Shown here: piece after piece, positions 1 to 9,000 of the stretch
How positions within the stretch are numbered: the stretch's first letter is position 1
How the letters are laid out: the number at the start of each line of letters is the position of its first letter
Source of the DNA: Geobacter sulfurreducens PCA
GTDB taxonomy: Bacteria; Desulfobacterota; Desulfuromonadia; Geobacterales; Geobacteraceae
Assembly (NCBI RefSeq): GCF_000007985.2
Contig: NC_002939.5
Location: 750,001-782,000, forward strand
DNA: 32,000 bases
Reading direction: 5' to 3'
Made by a program: the position numbers and the translations under genes
The notes under the pieces: model-generated
Told to the model about the DNA's origin: nothing
Database searches by the model: none
What the model saw: only the letters and a program-made list of their open reading frames with translations

Positions 1-926
1 CCATCAGCGGCAATAACGCGACCACCGTTACCGTGGCCGGGTGGACTGCGCCGGCCAGCGGCAGCGTTTACCGGATCATCGCCAACAATAATGCGGTGTC
101 CCGGAGCCAGCGCGGCGTGTCCGGCGCCAGTGTAAGCTATTCCGGGGCCTGGACCAACGGCACCTATACCATGGTAAGCGAGGCCGCCTACGAGTACCAG
201 ATCTGCTTCAAGTGCCATGCCGCCACCAATCCGACCACCAATACGCTACGCTACTGGAACGTAACCTCGCCGTCGTTGGGGGCGGCCCGTTGGACCAACA
301 TCGGCCTGGAGTTCAACCCCAACAATGCCTCATACCACCCGGTGATCCAGCCATTGCCATCCACCGGCAACCGGCGGCTGCAGGCGACCGCCCTGACCGG
401 CGGCTGGCAGCCGGGCGAGGTGATGACCTGCTCCGACTGCCACGGCAGGGATACCAGCACCTCCGCCACGGCCCAGGGCCCCCATGGTTCGACCGTCAAA
501 TGGCTGCTGACGGGCATGTATCAGAACTGGCCCTTCACTTCAGCGGCGGCCAACGGTACCTCATCCGGCGGGACCCTGCTGACCGGAACGGGCACCGCGA
601 CGCCTCCGGCCAACAACTTCTGCTTCAACTGCCACACCTGGGCCGCCGGCGGCAACGGTCACGTCAAGTCGTCGGGCGGGCACAGCAGGCCCTGCGTCAA
701 CTGCCACATTCGGGTTCCCCACGGGGGCAAGGTGCCGCGCCTCCTGACCGGGGCCAATGCCCCATCCCGTTACAAGCCCGACGGCAACGGCGGCGCCTTT
801 TCCGGTTCCTACCTGACCAGCGCCATCCTGCCGGCCAGCGGCTATATGGGGGCCAACAATGTCAGCTGTTCCTCCATCTGTGGGGCAAGGCACACGGACA
901 ACAGCATAAAGGCCTATTCCTGGTGA
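1..926 (+). CDS. Multihaem c-type cytochrome, C-terminal part (5' end lies outside the window)
   Basis: Frame 3 is open from base 3, with no stop before the GTG at 33. Stop TGA is at 924-926. The translation has four CxxCH haem-binding motifs (CFKCH, CSDCH, CFNCH, CVNCH). It is followed directly by cytochrome c biogenesis genes. Confidence 0.8.
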   Translation, partial: ISGNNATTVTVAGWTAPASGSVYRIIANNNAVSRSQRGVSGASVSYSGAWTNGTYTMVSEAAYEYQICFKCHAATNPTTNTLRYWNVTSPSLGAARWTNIGLEFNPNNASYHPVIQPLPSTGNRRLQATALTGGWQPGEVMTCSDCHGRDTSTSATAQGPHGSTVKWLLTGMYQNWPFTSAAANGTSSGGTLLTGTGTATPPANNFCFNCHTWAAGGNGHVKSSGGHSRPCVNCHIRVPHGGKVPRLLTGANAPSRYKPDGNGGAFSGSYLTSAILPASGYMGANNVSCSSICGARHTDNSIKAYSW

Positions 927-1015
927 TGGGGTACGGGTACGGTGGATATCCCGACCGGGCGATGCCCGGGGGAGGCGGGAGGAGTGCCGGCACCTCCGGG
1001 GGGGTGCGTGTCGGC

Positions 1016-1540
1016 ATGATCCTGCTGGCGGTTGTGCTGGCAGTTTGCTCTGCCTGCGCCGGGGGCGATACCGGCGAGGTCGAGGCGACCATTCGCCGCT
1101 ACAATGACCTGCTGGTCCAGGGCTACCGGGCCCAGAACATGAATCCCCTCGTGGAAGTCACCACCCATGAGCACGCGCTGAAACTCTATCACCACATGGC
1201 CGCCCTCGGCGAGGGCCAGCTGCGGATGGAGTCGAAGCTCAAGAGGATCAGGTTCCTGAATATCGAACGGCGCGGCAATTCCGAGGCGACGGTGGAAACG
1301 GAGGAAACCTGGGACTTCACCCATTACCGGATGGCCACTAACGAAAAATACGCCGAGGAAAAAGACTTCATTTACCGGATGGGGTATGTCCTGAACAAAG
1401 AAAACGGCCGCTGGCTCATCACCGGGGTGAACACCATCAGCGGCACCAGCACCAATAACGTGGTCCCCTGGCCGGTGCTGGACCGCAAGGGGAGGGTCGT
1501 CAATCAGGCGCCCGGCGGCGCCCAGGGACGGCACCCCTGA
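1016..1540 (+). CDS. Putative lipoprotein/secreted protein of unknown function
   Basis: This is the 3' part of track ORF 212..1540; the 5' part of that ORF overlaps the cytochrome gene in another frame. ATG 1016 (or GTG 1004) gives MILLAVVLAVCSACAGG, a signal peptide with a lipobox-like Cys. ATG 926, overlapping the cytochrome stop (TGATG), is an alternative start. The stop lies 2 nt before the next ATG. Confidence 0.6.
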   Translation: MILLAVVLAVCSACAGGDTGEVEATIRRYNDLLVQGYRAQNMNPLVEVTTHEHALKLYHHMAALGEGQLRMESKLKRIRFLNIERRGNSEATVETEETWDFTHYRMATNEKYAEEKDFIYRMGYVLNKENGRWLITGVNTISGTSTNNVVPWPVLDRKGRVVNQAPGGAQGRHP

Positions 1541-1542
1541 CC

Positions 1543-2871
1543 ATGGAGCGGATCAAGCGGTTTTTCCTGGCACGCGGCACGGTCATCAGTTTCATTCTCC
1601 TGGCACTCTGTGCCATCACCCTGGCAGCGTTCATTCCCCAGCGCTTCCTGACCTCGCCCGAAGAGATGCTGGCGTGGCAGTCGGCCTACCCGCTGTTCGC
1701 CCGCTGGAGTAGCCTGCTGGGCCTCCATCACATCTATACACATCCCGGCTTTGCCCTTATCCTTGCCGGGGGGACGATTTCCCTTGCCTTTTCGACCAGG
1801 AATCAGGCGCTTACCGCGTGGCAGCGCACCGTGCGCCCCGCCGGCGGTACAGCCGGGGACCGGCGCTTTTCCGTCGCCCGAGCGCCGGCGGAGGTTTCCC
1901 GCCTCCTGATGACCAACGGGTTCATCGGTCAGGGCATATTCGATGGGGAAATCCGGCTGGTGCGCCACCCCTGGGGGTACTGGGGCAATACTCTGCTCCA
2001 TTTCGGCATGGTGCTCACCATTGTCGCATCGCTCTGTATCGCCCTGACCCAGCAGCAGGGGGTGATACATCTGGCCGAGGGCGCCATCCAGCATCCGTCT
2101 CATCCCCTGCTGCGAGAGGAGCACGGTCTTCTGGCCGGTCCGCTGCACCTGCCGGACGCCGTACGGCTCAACCGGGTCTCGTACCGCTTCGGGGCGGACC
2201 TCGCCGTGCGGGAACTGGCCTCGACCCTTACGTTTCTGTCCGATGCCGGCATTGCCGAAACAAGGACCGTTGCCATCAACCGCATTCTCAACCACCGGGG
2301 CCTCCGCTTCTACCAGGGCGTGGAGTTCGGTCACGCCTTTTTCGTGGAGGCGACCGGGCCGACGGGGGAGCCGAAGGTGTTCCAGCTCCAGTTCATGCAC
2401 CCCGACAGACCCGACCTGCCGAGCTATAATGATTTCCCGAACCTGCTGGGCGACGGCTCCCTGGTGCGGGCCAAGTACCTGGTGGATGGGGAGGGAAAGA
2501 CCTTCGATCGGGCAAGCCCTCTGCTCACCCTGCGCCTGGATCGTGACGGACAGGAGGTGGGGCGGCTCCCTCTGCAGCCGGGAGGGGAGGGGGCCATCGG
2601 GCAGTATCGCTTCCGGCTGCTGGGCTTCGCCCCCTGGTCGCGGCTGATCATGGTGAACGTAACCGGAATGCCGCTGATATTTGCGGGTTTCTTTGTCATC
2701 TGCCTGGGCGGTGTCCTTCACTATTTCACCCCGCCCCGTCAGGTGTCACTGGCTGAAGGGGCGGGCGGCGGCACGACGGTGTCCTGGCGGGCGGCGAGAT
2801 TCTCCGGATTCTACCGGGATGAGCCGGATTCGTTGAAACGGATGGTGGAACGCGAGGGAGTGCATGACTGA
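1543..2871 (+). CDS. resB: ResB/Ccs1(CcsB)-like cytochrome c biogenesis protein (System II)
   Basis: 442 aa. It has an N-terminal TM helix, a large soluble loop and C-terminal TM helices, with a ResB-like N-terminus (FIPQRF..., HHIYTHPGF). It overlaps ccsA by 8 nt (ATGACTGA), suggesting translational coupling. Confidence 0.75.
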   Translation: MERIKRFFLARGTVISFILLALCAITLAAFIPQRFLTSPEEMLAWQSAYPLFARWSSLLGLHHIYTHPGFALILAGGTISLAFSTRNQALTAWQRTVRPAGGTAGDRRFSVARAPAEVSRLLMTNGFIGQGIFDGEIRLVRHPWGYWGNTLLHFGMVLTIVASLCIALTQQQGVIHLAEGAIQHPSHPLLREEHGLLAGPLHLPDAVRLNRVSYRFGADLAVRELASTLTFLSDAGIAETRTVAINRILNHRGLRFYQGVEFGHAFFVEATGPTGEPKVFQLQFMHPDRPDLPSYNDFPNLLGDGSLVRAKYLVDGEGKTFDRASPLLTLRLDRDGQEVGRLPLQPGGEGAIGQYRFRLLGFAPWSRLIMVNVTGMPLIFAGFFVICLGGVLHYFTPPRQVSLAEGAGGGTTVSWRAARFSGFYRDEPDSLKRMVEREGVHD

Positions 2872-3694
2872 TCAGGCGTCGGTATACGTGGCAATGAACT
2901 GGCTGGCGGTCTGCTGCTATGTGGTGGCGACCGTCCTCAATGCCAGCGGTATCATCTTTCGGAAGGCCGTGGTGGAGCAACGCAGCTACTGGCCCTTATG
3001 GCTGGGGCTGGCCGTACACTCGGTCTCCCTGGTCTACTGGTGGCGGGTTGTCGGTCACGGTCCCTACATGGCCCCTAGCGAGGTGCTGCTGTCGGACGCA
3101 TGGATCGCCATGGTGCTCTTCCTGGGCTTCCAGCGGGTATTCCCACGCATCCGGCCGACCAGTCTCATCGTCGTGCCGCTGGTGTTCCTGATGGTGGCGC
3201 TGGCCAACTTCTACAACCCCGGCATCCGTTCGCTGCCGCCCACCTTCAGCAGCATCTGGCTCGTGCTGCACATTTCGTTCTACAAGATCGCCCTCGGCGC
3301 CCTGATCATCGCCCTGGCATTTTCCATATTCTACCTGCTGAAGGCCCGGCCTGCCCCCCCGGACTGGCTCAGGCGCCTGCCTGACCTGGAAGATCTCGAC
3401 CTCCACGCCTACCGTTTTGCCGGGTTCGGCTTCATCTTCTGGGCGATCGGCATGCTGGCCGGCTCCATCTGGGCTTACAAATCATGGGGGCGGTACTGGG
3501 GGTGGGATCCGGTAGAGACGTGGTCCCTCATCACCTGGCTGATATTCGGGACCTATCTGCACCTGCGGCGCTTTTTCCGCATGGGGGGGCGGGCGGCCGC
3601 CTGGTTCTTCATCTTCGGCTTTATCGTGGCCCTTGTCGCCCTGTTTGCGTCGTCCCACATGGGGACCTCCATCCACTCGGAGTATTTCCAGTAG
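2864..3694 (+). CDS. ccsA: Cytochrome c assembly protein CcsA/ResC (haem-handling, WWD domain)
   Basis: 276-aa polytopic membrane protein. It carries the Trp-rich motif WGRYWGWDPVETWSLITW that is diagnostic of the CcsA/CcmC/CcmF haem-handling family. Confidence 0.85.
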   Translation: MTDQASVYVAMNWLAVCCYVVATVLNASGIIFRKAVVEQRSYWPLWLGLAVHSVSLVYWWRVVGHGPYMAPSEVLLSDAWIAMVLFLGFQRVFPRIRPTSLIVVPLVFLMVALANFYNPGIRSLPPTFSSIWLVLHISFYKIALGALIIALAFSIFYLLKARPAPPDWLRRLPDLEDLDLHAYRFAGFGFIFWAIGMLAGSIWAYKSWGRYWGWDPVETWSLITWLIFGTYLHLRRFFRMGGRAAAWFFIFGFIVALVALFASSHMGTSIHSEYFQ

Positions 3695-3705
3695 AGGAAC
3701 AACAG

Positions 3706-3752
3706 GCGGCCGGCGGGAATGATGCTCCGGCTATGGGAGCAATCCCGGCCGC
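3706..3752. terminator. Imperfect GC-rich stem-loop between convergent ccsA and MFS genes
   Basis: GCGGCCGG(C)GGGA...TCCCGGCCGC arms flank a loop of about 20 nt. There is no clear U-tract on either strand, so its role as a terminator is uncertain. Confidence 0.3.
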
Positions 3753-3758
3753 AGGGGA

Positions 3759-5045
3759 CTATTGGGCCCGGTGTGGCGTGGTCGTGTCTTCGGGCCGGGG
3801 AAGGAAGAGGGTGAACAGCAGGGCGCAGACCGTGATCGACGCAGCCAGCAGGTAGGCACCGGAGAAGCTGCCGGCTGCCTTGCCGATCATCCCCGCCAGG
3901 GCAGGGCCCAAGGTCTGGCCCACGGCAAAGAAGATGGTGATCGTGGCGAAGGCCCCGGCGGCGCGGGGCGCGCCCAGGTAATCCCCCACGGCGGCCGCCA
4001 TGATGGCCGGAATGGCAAAGACCGCAAGCCCGTACAGCACGATGGAGACCACCAGACCCACCCCTCCCGGTTTCGTACCCGCGATCAGGTAGGCCGTGCT
4101 CTGCACGGCGAACACCAGCGCCAGCCCGTGGCGGCGGCCGATGCGGTCTGAAAGCGCCCCGAACACCACCCCCGAGAAGCAGCTGAAAAAACCCGCCCAC
4201 GACCAGTAGAGGCCGGCCCGGGCCTCGCTGAAGCCGAACTCCCGCACCATGGTGGTGACGATGAACGTGCCATAGATCATGAAGGTTGCGCCGAAGGCCA
4301 GGTAGAGGAGTCCCAGCCGCATCAGCAGCATGCCGTCGCCGGGCCGCTCGTGGGGCACGAGATCCTCCGGCGCCAGGGCCGCGCTCCGGCCGAGCGGTTC
4401 ATGCCCCACGTCCGAGGGATGATTGCGCACCAGCCATGCCGACAGGACCGCGACCCCCAGGGCGACGCATCCCAGCAGCAGCCAGCCGGCCCGCCAGCCG
4501 TTGGCCCCGAAGATGCCGTTCAGCCTGGGTACCAACACTCCGGCCAGTACGATGGCCGCCCCGTTGCCGGCGATCATCAGCCCTGCCGCCGTGCCGCGCC
4601 GGTCGCTGCGGAACCAGTGGCCGATCAGCACCATGGTGGGGATGTTGGCGAACCCGGTCCCCATGCCCACCAGGGCATAGAGTGCAAAGGGGGCCGCAAA
4701 GCCGCTGGAAAGCCCCATGGCCGGCATGGCCAGGGTGATCAGTGCCAGTCCGCCGCTGATCACCGCCCTTGGCTGGAAACGCCGGATGAGCCGGGGCGCC
4801 AGGATTACGGAAAGGAGGTAGCCGCAGAAATTGCCGGTCCCGATGAATCCCATGCGGTCGTAGGAGAGCCCCAGCCCCGCCTGCATGGAGGGGAGGAGCA
4901 TGGTGTAGGCGTAGCGGGCCAGGCCGATGCAGGCGAAGATGATCAGGAAGCCTACGGCCACGATGACCCAGGCGTAGTGGAATCGCCGGCCGGCCGCCGG
5001 GACAGTGCCGGGTCGGTCGGCATGTCGGTCGGTGGGCGTCGTCAC
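3759..5045 (-). CDS. MFS transporter
   Basis: The track ORF (641 aa) runs upstream across the two SMR genes in another frame. GTG at 5045 is preceded by GAGGA at 5-nt spacing and gives about 428 aa. The protein starts ...RRFHYAWVIVAVGFLIIF and has about 12 hydrophobic helices typical of MFS. Its SD overlaps the sugE-like stop codon, so it is probably in the same operon. Confidence 0.75.
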   Translation of the reverse strand: MTTPTDRHADRPGTVPAAGRRFHYAWVIVAVGFLIIFACIGLARYAYTMLLPSMQAGLGLSYDRMGFIGTGNFCGYLLSVILAPRLIRRFQPRAVISGGLALITLAMPAMGLSSGFAAPFALYALVGMGTGFANIPTMVLIGHWFRSDRRGTAAGLMIAGNGAAIVLAGVLVPRLNGIFGANGWRAGWLLLGCVALGVAVLSAWLVRNHPSDVGHEPLGRSAALAPEDLVPHERPGDGMLLMRLGLLYLAFGATFMIYGTFIVTTMVREFGFSEARAGLYWSWAGFFSCFSGVVFGALSDRIGRRHGLALVFAVQSTAYLIAGTKPGGVGLVVSIVLYGLAVFAIPAIMAAAVGDYLGAPRAAGAFATITIFFAVGQTLGPALAGMIGKAAGSFSGAYLLAASITVCALLFTLFLPRPEDTTTPHRAQ

Positions 5046-5053
5046 CTGAGTCC

Positions 5054-5374
5054 TCAGGCTGGCGAAGAGAGCTTGAGCCCGATGATGCCGGCGACGATCA
5101 GCGCAACACTGATCAGCCGGGCCGGGTTGGCCGGTTCCCCGAACAGCACGATCCCCAGGAGCACGGTGCCAACGGCACCCACCCCCACCCAGACGCTGTA
5201 CGCCGTGCCCACCGGCAGCGTCCTCATGGCGATCTCCAGCAGCCAGAAACTGGCGATCATTGCCAGTACCGTCAGGACCGTCGGCCAGAGCCGGGTGAAC
5301 CCTTCCGTGAATTTCAAGCCGATGGCCCAGCCCACCTCGAACAGCCCTGCGAGAACAAGAATTCCCCACGTCAT
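5054..5374 (-). CDS. sugE: SMR-family guanidinium exporter, SugE/Gdx-like
   Basis: 106 aa with 4 TM helices. It aligns closely by eye to E. coli SugE ([31 protein letters not shown]...[17 protein letters not shown]...IIGLKLSS), including the conserved membrane Glu. A mini-ykkC riboswitch lies directly upstream. Confidence 0.9.
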   Translation of the reverse strand: MTWGILVLAGLFEVGWAIGLKFTEGFTRLWPTVLTVLAMIASFWLLEIAMRTLPVGTAYSVWVGVGAVGTVLLGIVLFGEPANPARLISVALIVAGIIGLKLSSPA

Positions 5375-5393
5375 GATGTCGTCCTTTCCGATT

Positions 5394-5440
5394 CGTGGGG
5401 TCGTCCCCGTGGATGTTCGGGCGGCGGAGTCGTCCCCGCC
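5394..5440 (-). promoter_or_regulatory. Guanidine-II (mini-ykkC) riboswitch candidate
   Basis: On the minus strand there are two tandem hairpins, each with an ACGA tetraloop closed by G-C pairs. The first is GGCGGGG-ACGA-CUCCGCC (5423-5440). A 14-nt linker follows. The second is (CAC)GGGG-ACGA-CCCC(ACG) (5394-5411). The SD/start GGAAAGGACGACAUCAUG follows 20-30 nt downstream. This architecture and its position upstream of a SugE/Gdx gene match the known class. Confidence 0.7.
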
Positions 5441-5449
5441 GTCGGTCGG

Positions 5450-5782
5450 TCAGTGCGTCGCCGATGTGGAGCAGAGATTGAGAACCAGTACGCCGGCAAT
5501 GATCAGCAGAATACCGAAGACCGCCGGCAGATCGAGCCGCTGCCCCATGAAAACCCAGGCAACCACCGCGACCAGCGCCGTTCCCAGGCCGGACCAGATC
5601 GCATAGGCAATGCCGACCGGGATCGCTTTCAGGGTCAATGACAGGAAGTAGAAGGCGGAGGCATATCCGGCGACAACCACGCATGATGGCCAGAGCCGGG
5701 TGAACCCTTCGGCCGACTTGAGCGCGGTTGTCCCGGCAACCTCACTGATGATCGCCACCAGAAGATACAGCCATTTGTGCAT
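5450..5782 (-). CDS. emrE: SMR-family multidrug/quaternary-cation efflux protein, EmrE-like
   Basis: 110 aa. It is very similar by eye to E. coli EmrE ([24 protein letters not shown]...GIAYAIWSGLG...GQRLDLPAVFGILLIIAGVLVLNL). Confidence 0.85.
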   Translation of the reverse strand: MHKWLYLLVAIISEVAGTTALKSAEGFTRLWPSCVVVAGYASAFYFLSLTLKAIPVGIAYAIWSGLGTALVAVVAWVFMGQRLDLPAVFGILLIIAGVLVLNLCSTSATH

Positions 5783-6025
5783 TTGGTCGGGACCTCGATT
5801 CTCACAATTGATGGAGGGCCGTCAGGGTGCGACGACGACAGATCCCTCCGCACTGAAGTTCCGCTCATTACGGCCACCTGCCATATCGATACTAATAATA
5901 TGAGCCGGCGTTCCTCTCACGCTGAACACCTTGTAGCACACCCTCCGGTGTGCCGCAAGGCTCCGGTCCCCGCGGAGGCTGGGAGGTCTTATTGCTCTGC
6001 GGTGTGAGACTCCCCGCCGCTCCCT

Positions 6026-9000
6026 TCAGTGGGGTCGTGCGGTGAAGGAATAACGCCGGGCCACGGAGGAGGTGTCGTGGAGAGTGGCCAGGAGCGTTGG
6101 CTCGTTGCCGAGCCCCTGGGGCGCGACGCTGTTGTGCAAGGCCTTGAGCGCACCCAGGAGTGGTGCGGCTTCGGTGCTAGCGGTGACGCGGGCGTCTTCG
6201 CCCAGGGCGGCAATCAGGTCGACCAGCCCCTTGCGCTCCTTGGGTTCGGCGAGGTTGCCGGCAGCGAGGATGGCCAAGTGGTCGAAGTAGACGGGGGCGA
6301 TGTCCGGCGCCCCGGTGACAATGGCCAACTGGGTCAGGAGAGCCCGGTAGGCTGTCTGTTCCCCCTTGTCGCCCACCAGGGTCTCGTGCTCGTGGAGCGG
6401 CAGGCTGGTGCGGATCAACCGGTAGACGTTGACGAAGCGCAGTCCCCGACGCGGGGTGCCCCCGGCATGGGGGGCAAGTTCGGCCATGAAGGCGGTTTCA
6501 TGGGGGGTGAGGGTCATGGTGCGGGCCTCGTGCTCGCGGAAGGACTCCCCGCCGCTGTCGGGCTGAGACGGCGCAGCGGGGGGCGGGGACGCGACCGGTG
6601 CCTCTGAGGGCGCTACTTCAGTCGCTCCGCCCGCCCGCTCTGTCGGCGGTTGGAGCGAAGGCGCCGGCGGGGCGGCGTTCGGAGCCGGTTCGGGCGACAG
6701 GGGTGCTTGGTCGGCCTGGACTGTCGACTCGGCTGCCACGATCCCCTTGATATAGTTCCGGCAGGCGTCGGCATCCATGGCGCGCACCCAGTAGGGAAGC
6801 TGGAAGATCTTCTCCAGGTAATCCTGGGACGAGGCGGCCCGCTCCCGGTCTGAGTTGTTGGGAGCGGTGCGCCGGTCGGTGGCATCATGCCGTGCTTCGC
6901 CGGCGGGGGCGCCGGGGCGGGCGGGTGCCGTGGCGCCGGTTCCGGGGATGATGACGGTTTCGGCCAGGAGCTCCGGGTAGACCTCCTTGAGGGAGCGGGA
7001 GACCCAGCGGGCGTCCACGGCCACGACGACCACGAAGAGGGGGAAGCAGAGGAGCAGGTGGATGGCCTGGAGGACCTCCACGACCTTTTCGGGCGGGCAG
7101 CGGTCCAAGTCGTCGATGTAGAGGATGATCCGCTCGAACAGGCGCAGGGATTCGGCGTCGAAGGTGGTGGAGGCCCGGAGGGCGGCGACCTCCTCGTCGG
7201 TCAGCACGTCGCCGGAGCGGGCGATGAGTTCTTCCACCCTGCGGACGTAGTCGAGCCGGGCCCGCTCATATTCCTCGGCCAGCTCCCGGTCGCGATCGGC
7301 GTCGGCCATGAGCTGGGCCAGCTGGCCGAAATCCTTGCGGATGGTGGCGATGATACCCAGGTGCTTGGCGTAGTCCCCGCTGACGACCTTGTCGCGGATG
7401 AAGGCATTGAGCCGCCCCCGGGCCGTGGCCCCCTGGAAGTCACGGGCCGCGTCGGCGGCGCGGCGGTCGGCATCGGCCAGGCGGCGCTCGGCCTGCTCCA
7501 CGTCGCTCCTGAGCCGCGTCGCCTCGCGCTCGGCATCGGTGAGCAGGGCCGCTTCATTGCTGTTCTTTCTGAATTCCTCGGTCCGCTCGGCAATGGCCGT
7601 TTCCAGGTTGGCGCGGAAGCCTTCGAGGGTGTCCAGGGCGGTGGCGGTCCGCTTGAGGGCCGTACCCGCGAACCCGGCCACGGAGGCCATGACCGAGGAG
7701 AGTCCCAGAACGGCGGCGTTCACCTCCTTCAGCCAGGAGAGCACCTCTGTCCGACCCAGGATGTCCCGGAACCAGACCACGGCGACCGGCGCCGCCACGA
7801 GGATCAGGGCCAGGGCCGCCAGCCACCGGGGGCGGCCGAGCGTGGCCATGGCGCTCCGCCCGAGGGTCCGGGCCCGTCCGGCCTGGGTGGTGGTTTCCTG
7901 GAGCACTTCGCTCAACTGGCGGGCCGAGGCGGAGAGTTCCGGAACTCCCAGGACCCGGCCGGCGCGGTCGATGGTCTCGCGCGTCTCCCGGTCCTTGCCC
8001 AGGGTCGTGCCCACGGCGGTCCAGAATTCGCCTGCCGTTGCCACGGCCTGGCGGGCCAGAGCCGTCTCGAACCGGGCCCGGACGGTTTTCAGGTTTTCTT
8101 CGGCCTCCTGGCGCTGGCGGCGGCGGAGCACCAGTTCGTCCATGGCCTCCAGCCTGAGGGTGCGGGAGGTGGAGAGGTGGTCGAAGAGAAGATCCACGGT
8201 CTCGTTGGGGTTTTCGGGGCGCTCCTTGAGCCAGCGGTCCAGTTCGGTGAAGATGTAATCCACCAGGCTGGCCCACAGGTTGGATTCCACGTAGTGCCAG
8301 GCATTGAAGCGGATCTGGACGATGTTGCCGTGGAAGGGGCCGTCACTGTCCGCATCCCGGGAAATCCGGGCCACATGCTCGTGCATCAGCTTCATGAAGA
8401 AGGTCTTGCCCGACCCCCATTCGCCGAATACCCCGATGGAGAGGGGCGGGCGGATGGCGCGGCCCGCGGCGAGGCGGGCAAAGGCCCGGGCCTCCTGCCG
8501 GACGTCCATGAGGTCCGTGGCCGAGGTGGGATCGTCGGCGGTGAACCGGGCAATGAGGACGTCGGGGCCGGCACTGACGGGCGGGACGGGGGCCTCGGCG
8601 GCAAAACTCTTGAAGATGGTGTCGGCGGGAGGAGGTTCCGGGGGCGGCGCCTCGGCCTGCTCCAGGGCCAGGGAGACCCAGGTGGAATCCTCCGACGGGA
8701 AGGCCCGCTGGAGGAAGTCGAGGGTGCTGCGCTGCCAGGCGGCGATGTCGACCCCCCAGCCGATGAGCTGGCGCCGGTGGTAGTCGGAGAGGCGGAAGGC
8801 GAGGGCCGCCAGCAGGTGGCGCGTCCCCAGGGGGCGGGGCTCGGCACCGTCGCGGGTGGCGAGCCGCAGCGCCGACCCGAGGATGTCGCGCACCGACGAG
8901 GAGTAGAACTCCCTGGCATCGGGGAGGGTGCCGGCGGCTGCCTGCTCCTCAACCCTTGGGCGCATCGCCTCGGATGTCTGCACCAGGTCGGCGATAGCCT

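Noticed and set aside
212-925. 5' part of track ORF 212..1540, overlapping the cytochrome gene.
   Set aside because: It lies out of frame within the haem-motif-containing cytochrome CDS and its translation is Arg/Pro/Gly-rich. Only the part after the cytochrome stop looks like a real (signal-peptide) protein.
5046-5684. N-terminal 213-aa extension of the MFS ORF (track ORF 3759..5684), running across both SMR genes.
   Set aside because: The extension overlaps two well-supported SMR genes in a different frame and translates to Arg/Gly/Ala-rich low-complexity sequence. A GTG with a GAGGA SD at 5045 starts exactly where the hydrophobic MFS sequence begins.
5783-5900. Possible guanidine-I (ykkC) riboswitch upstream of the EmrE-like gene, prompted by the 9-mer CGGAGGGAU.
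   Set aside because: The other conserved ykkC blocks that I remember are absent, and no ACGR-loop hairpins occur here. I treat it only as an unexplained leader (see findings).
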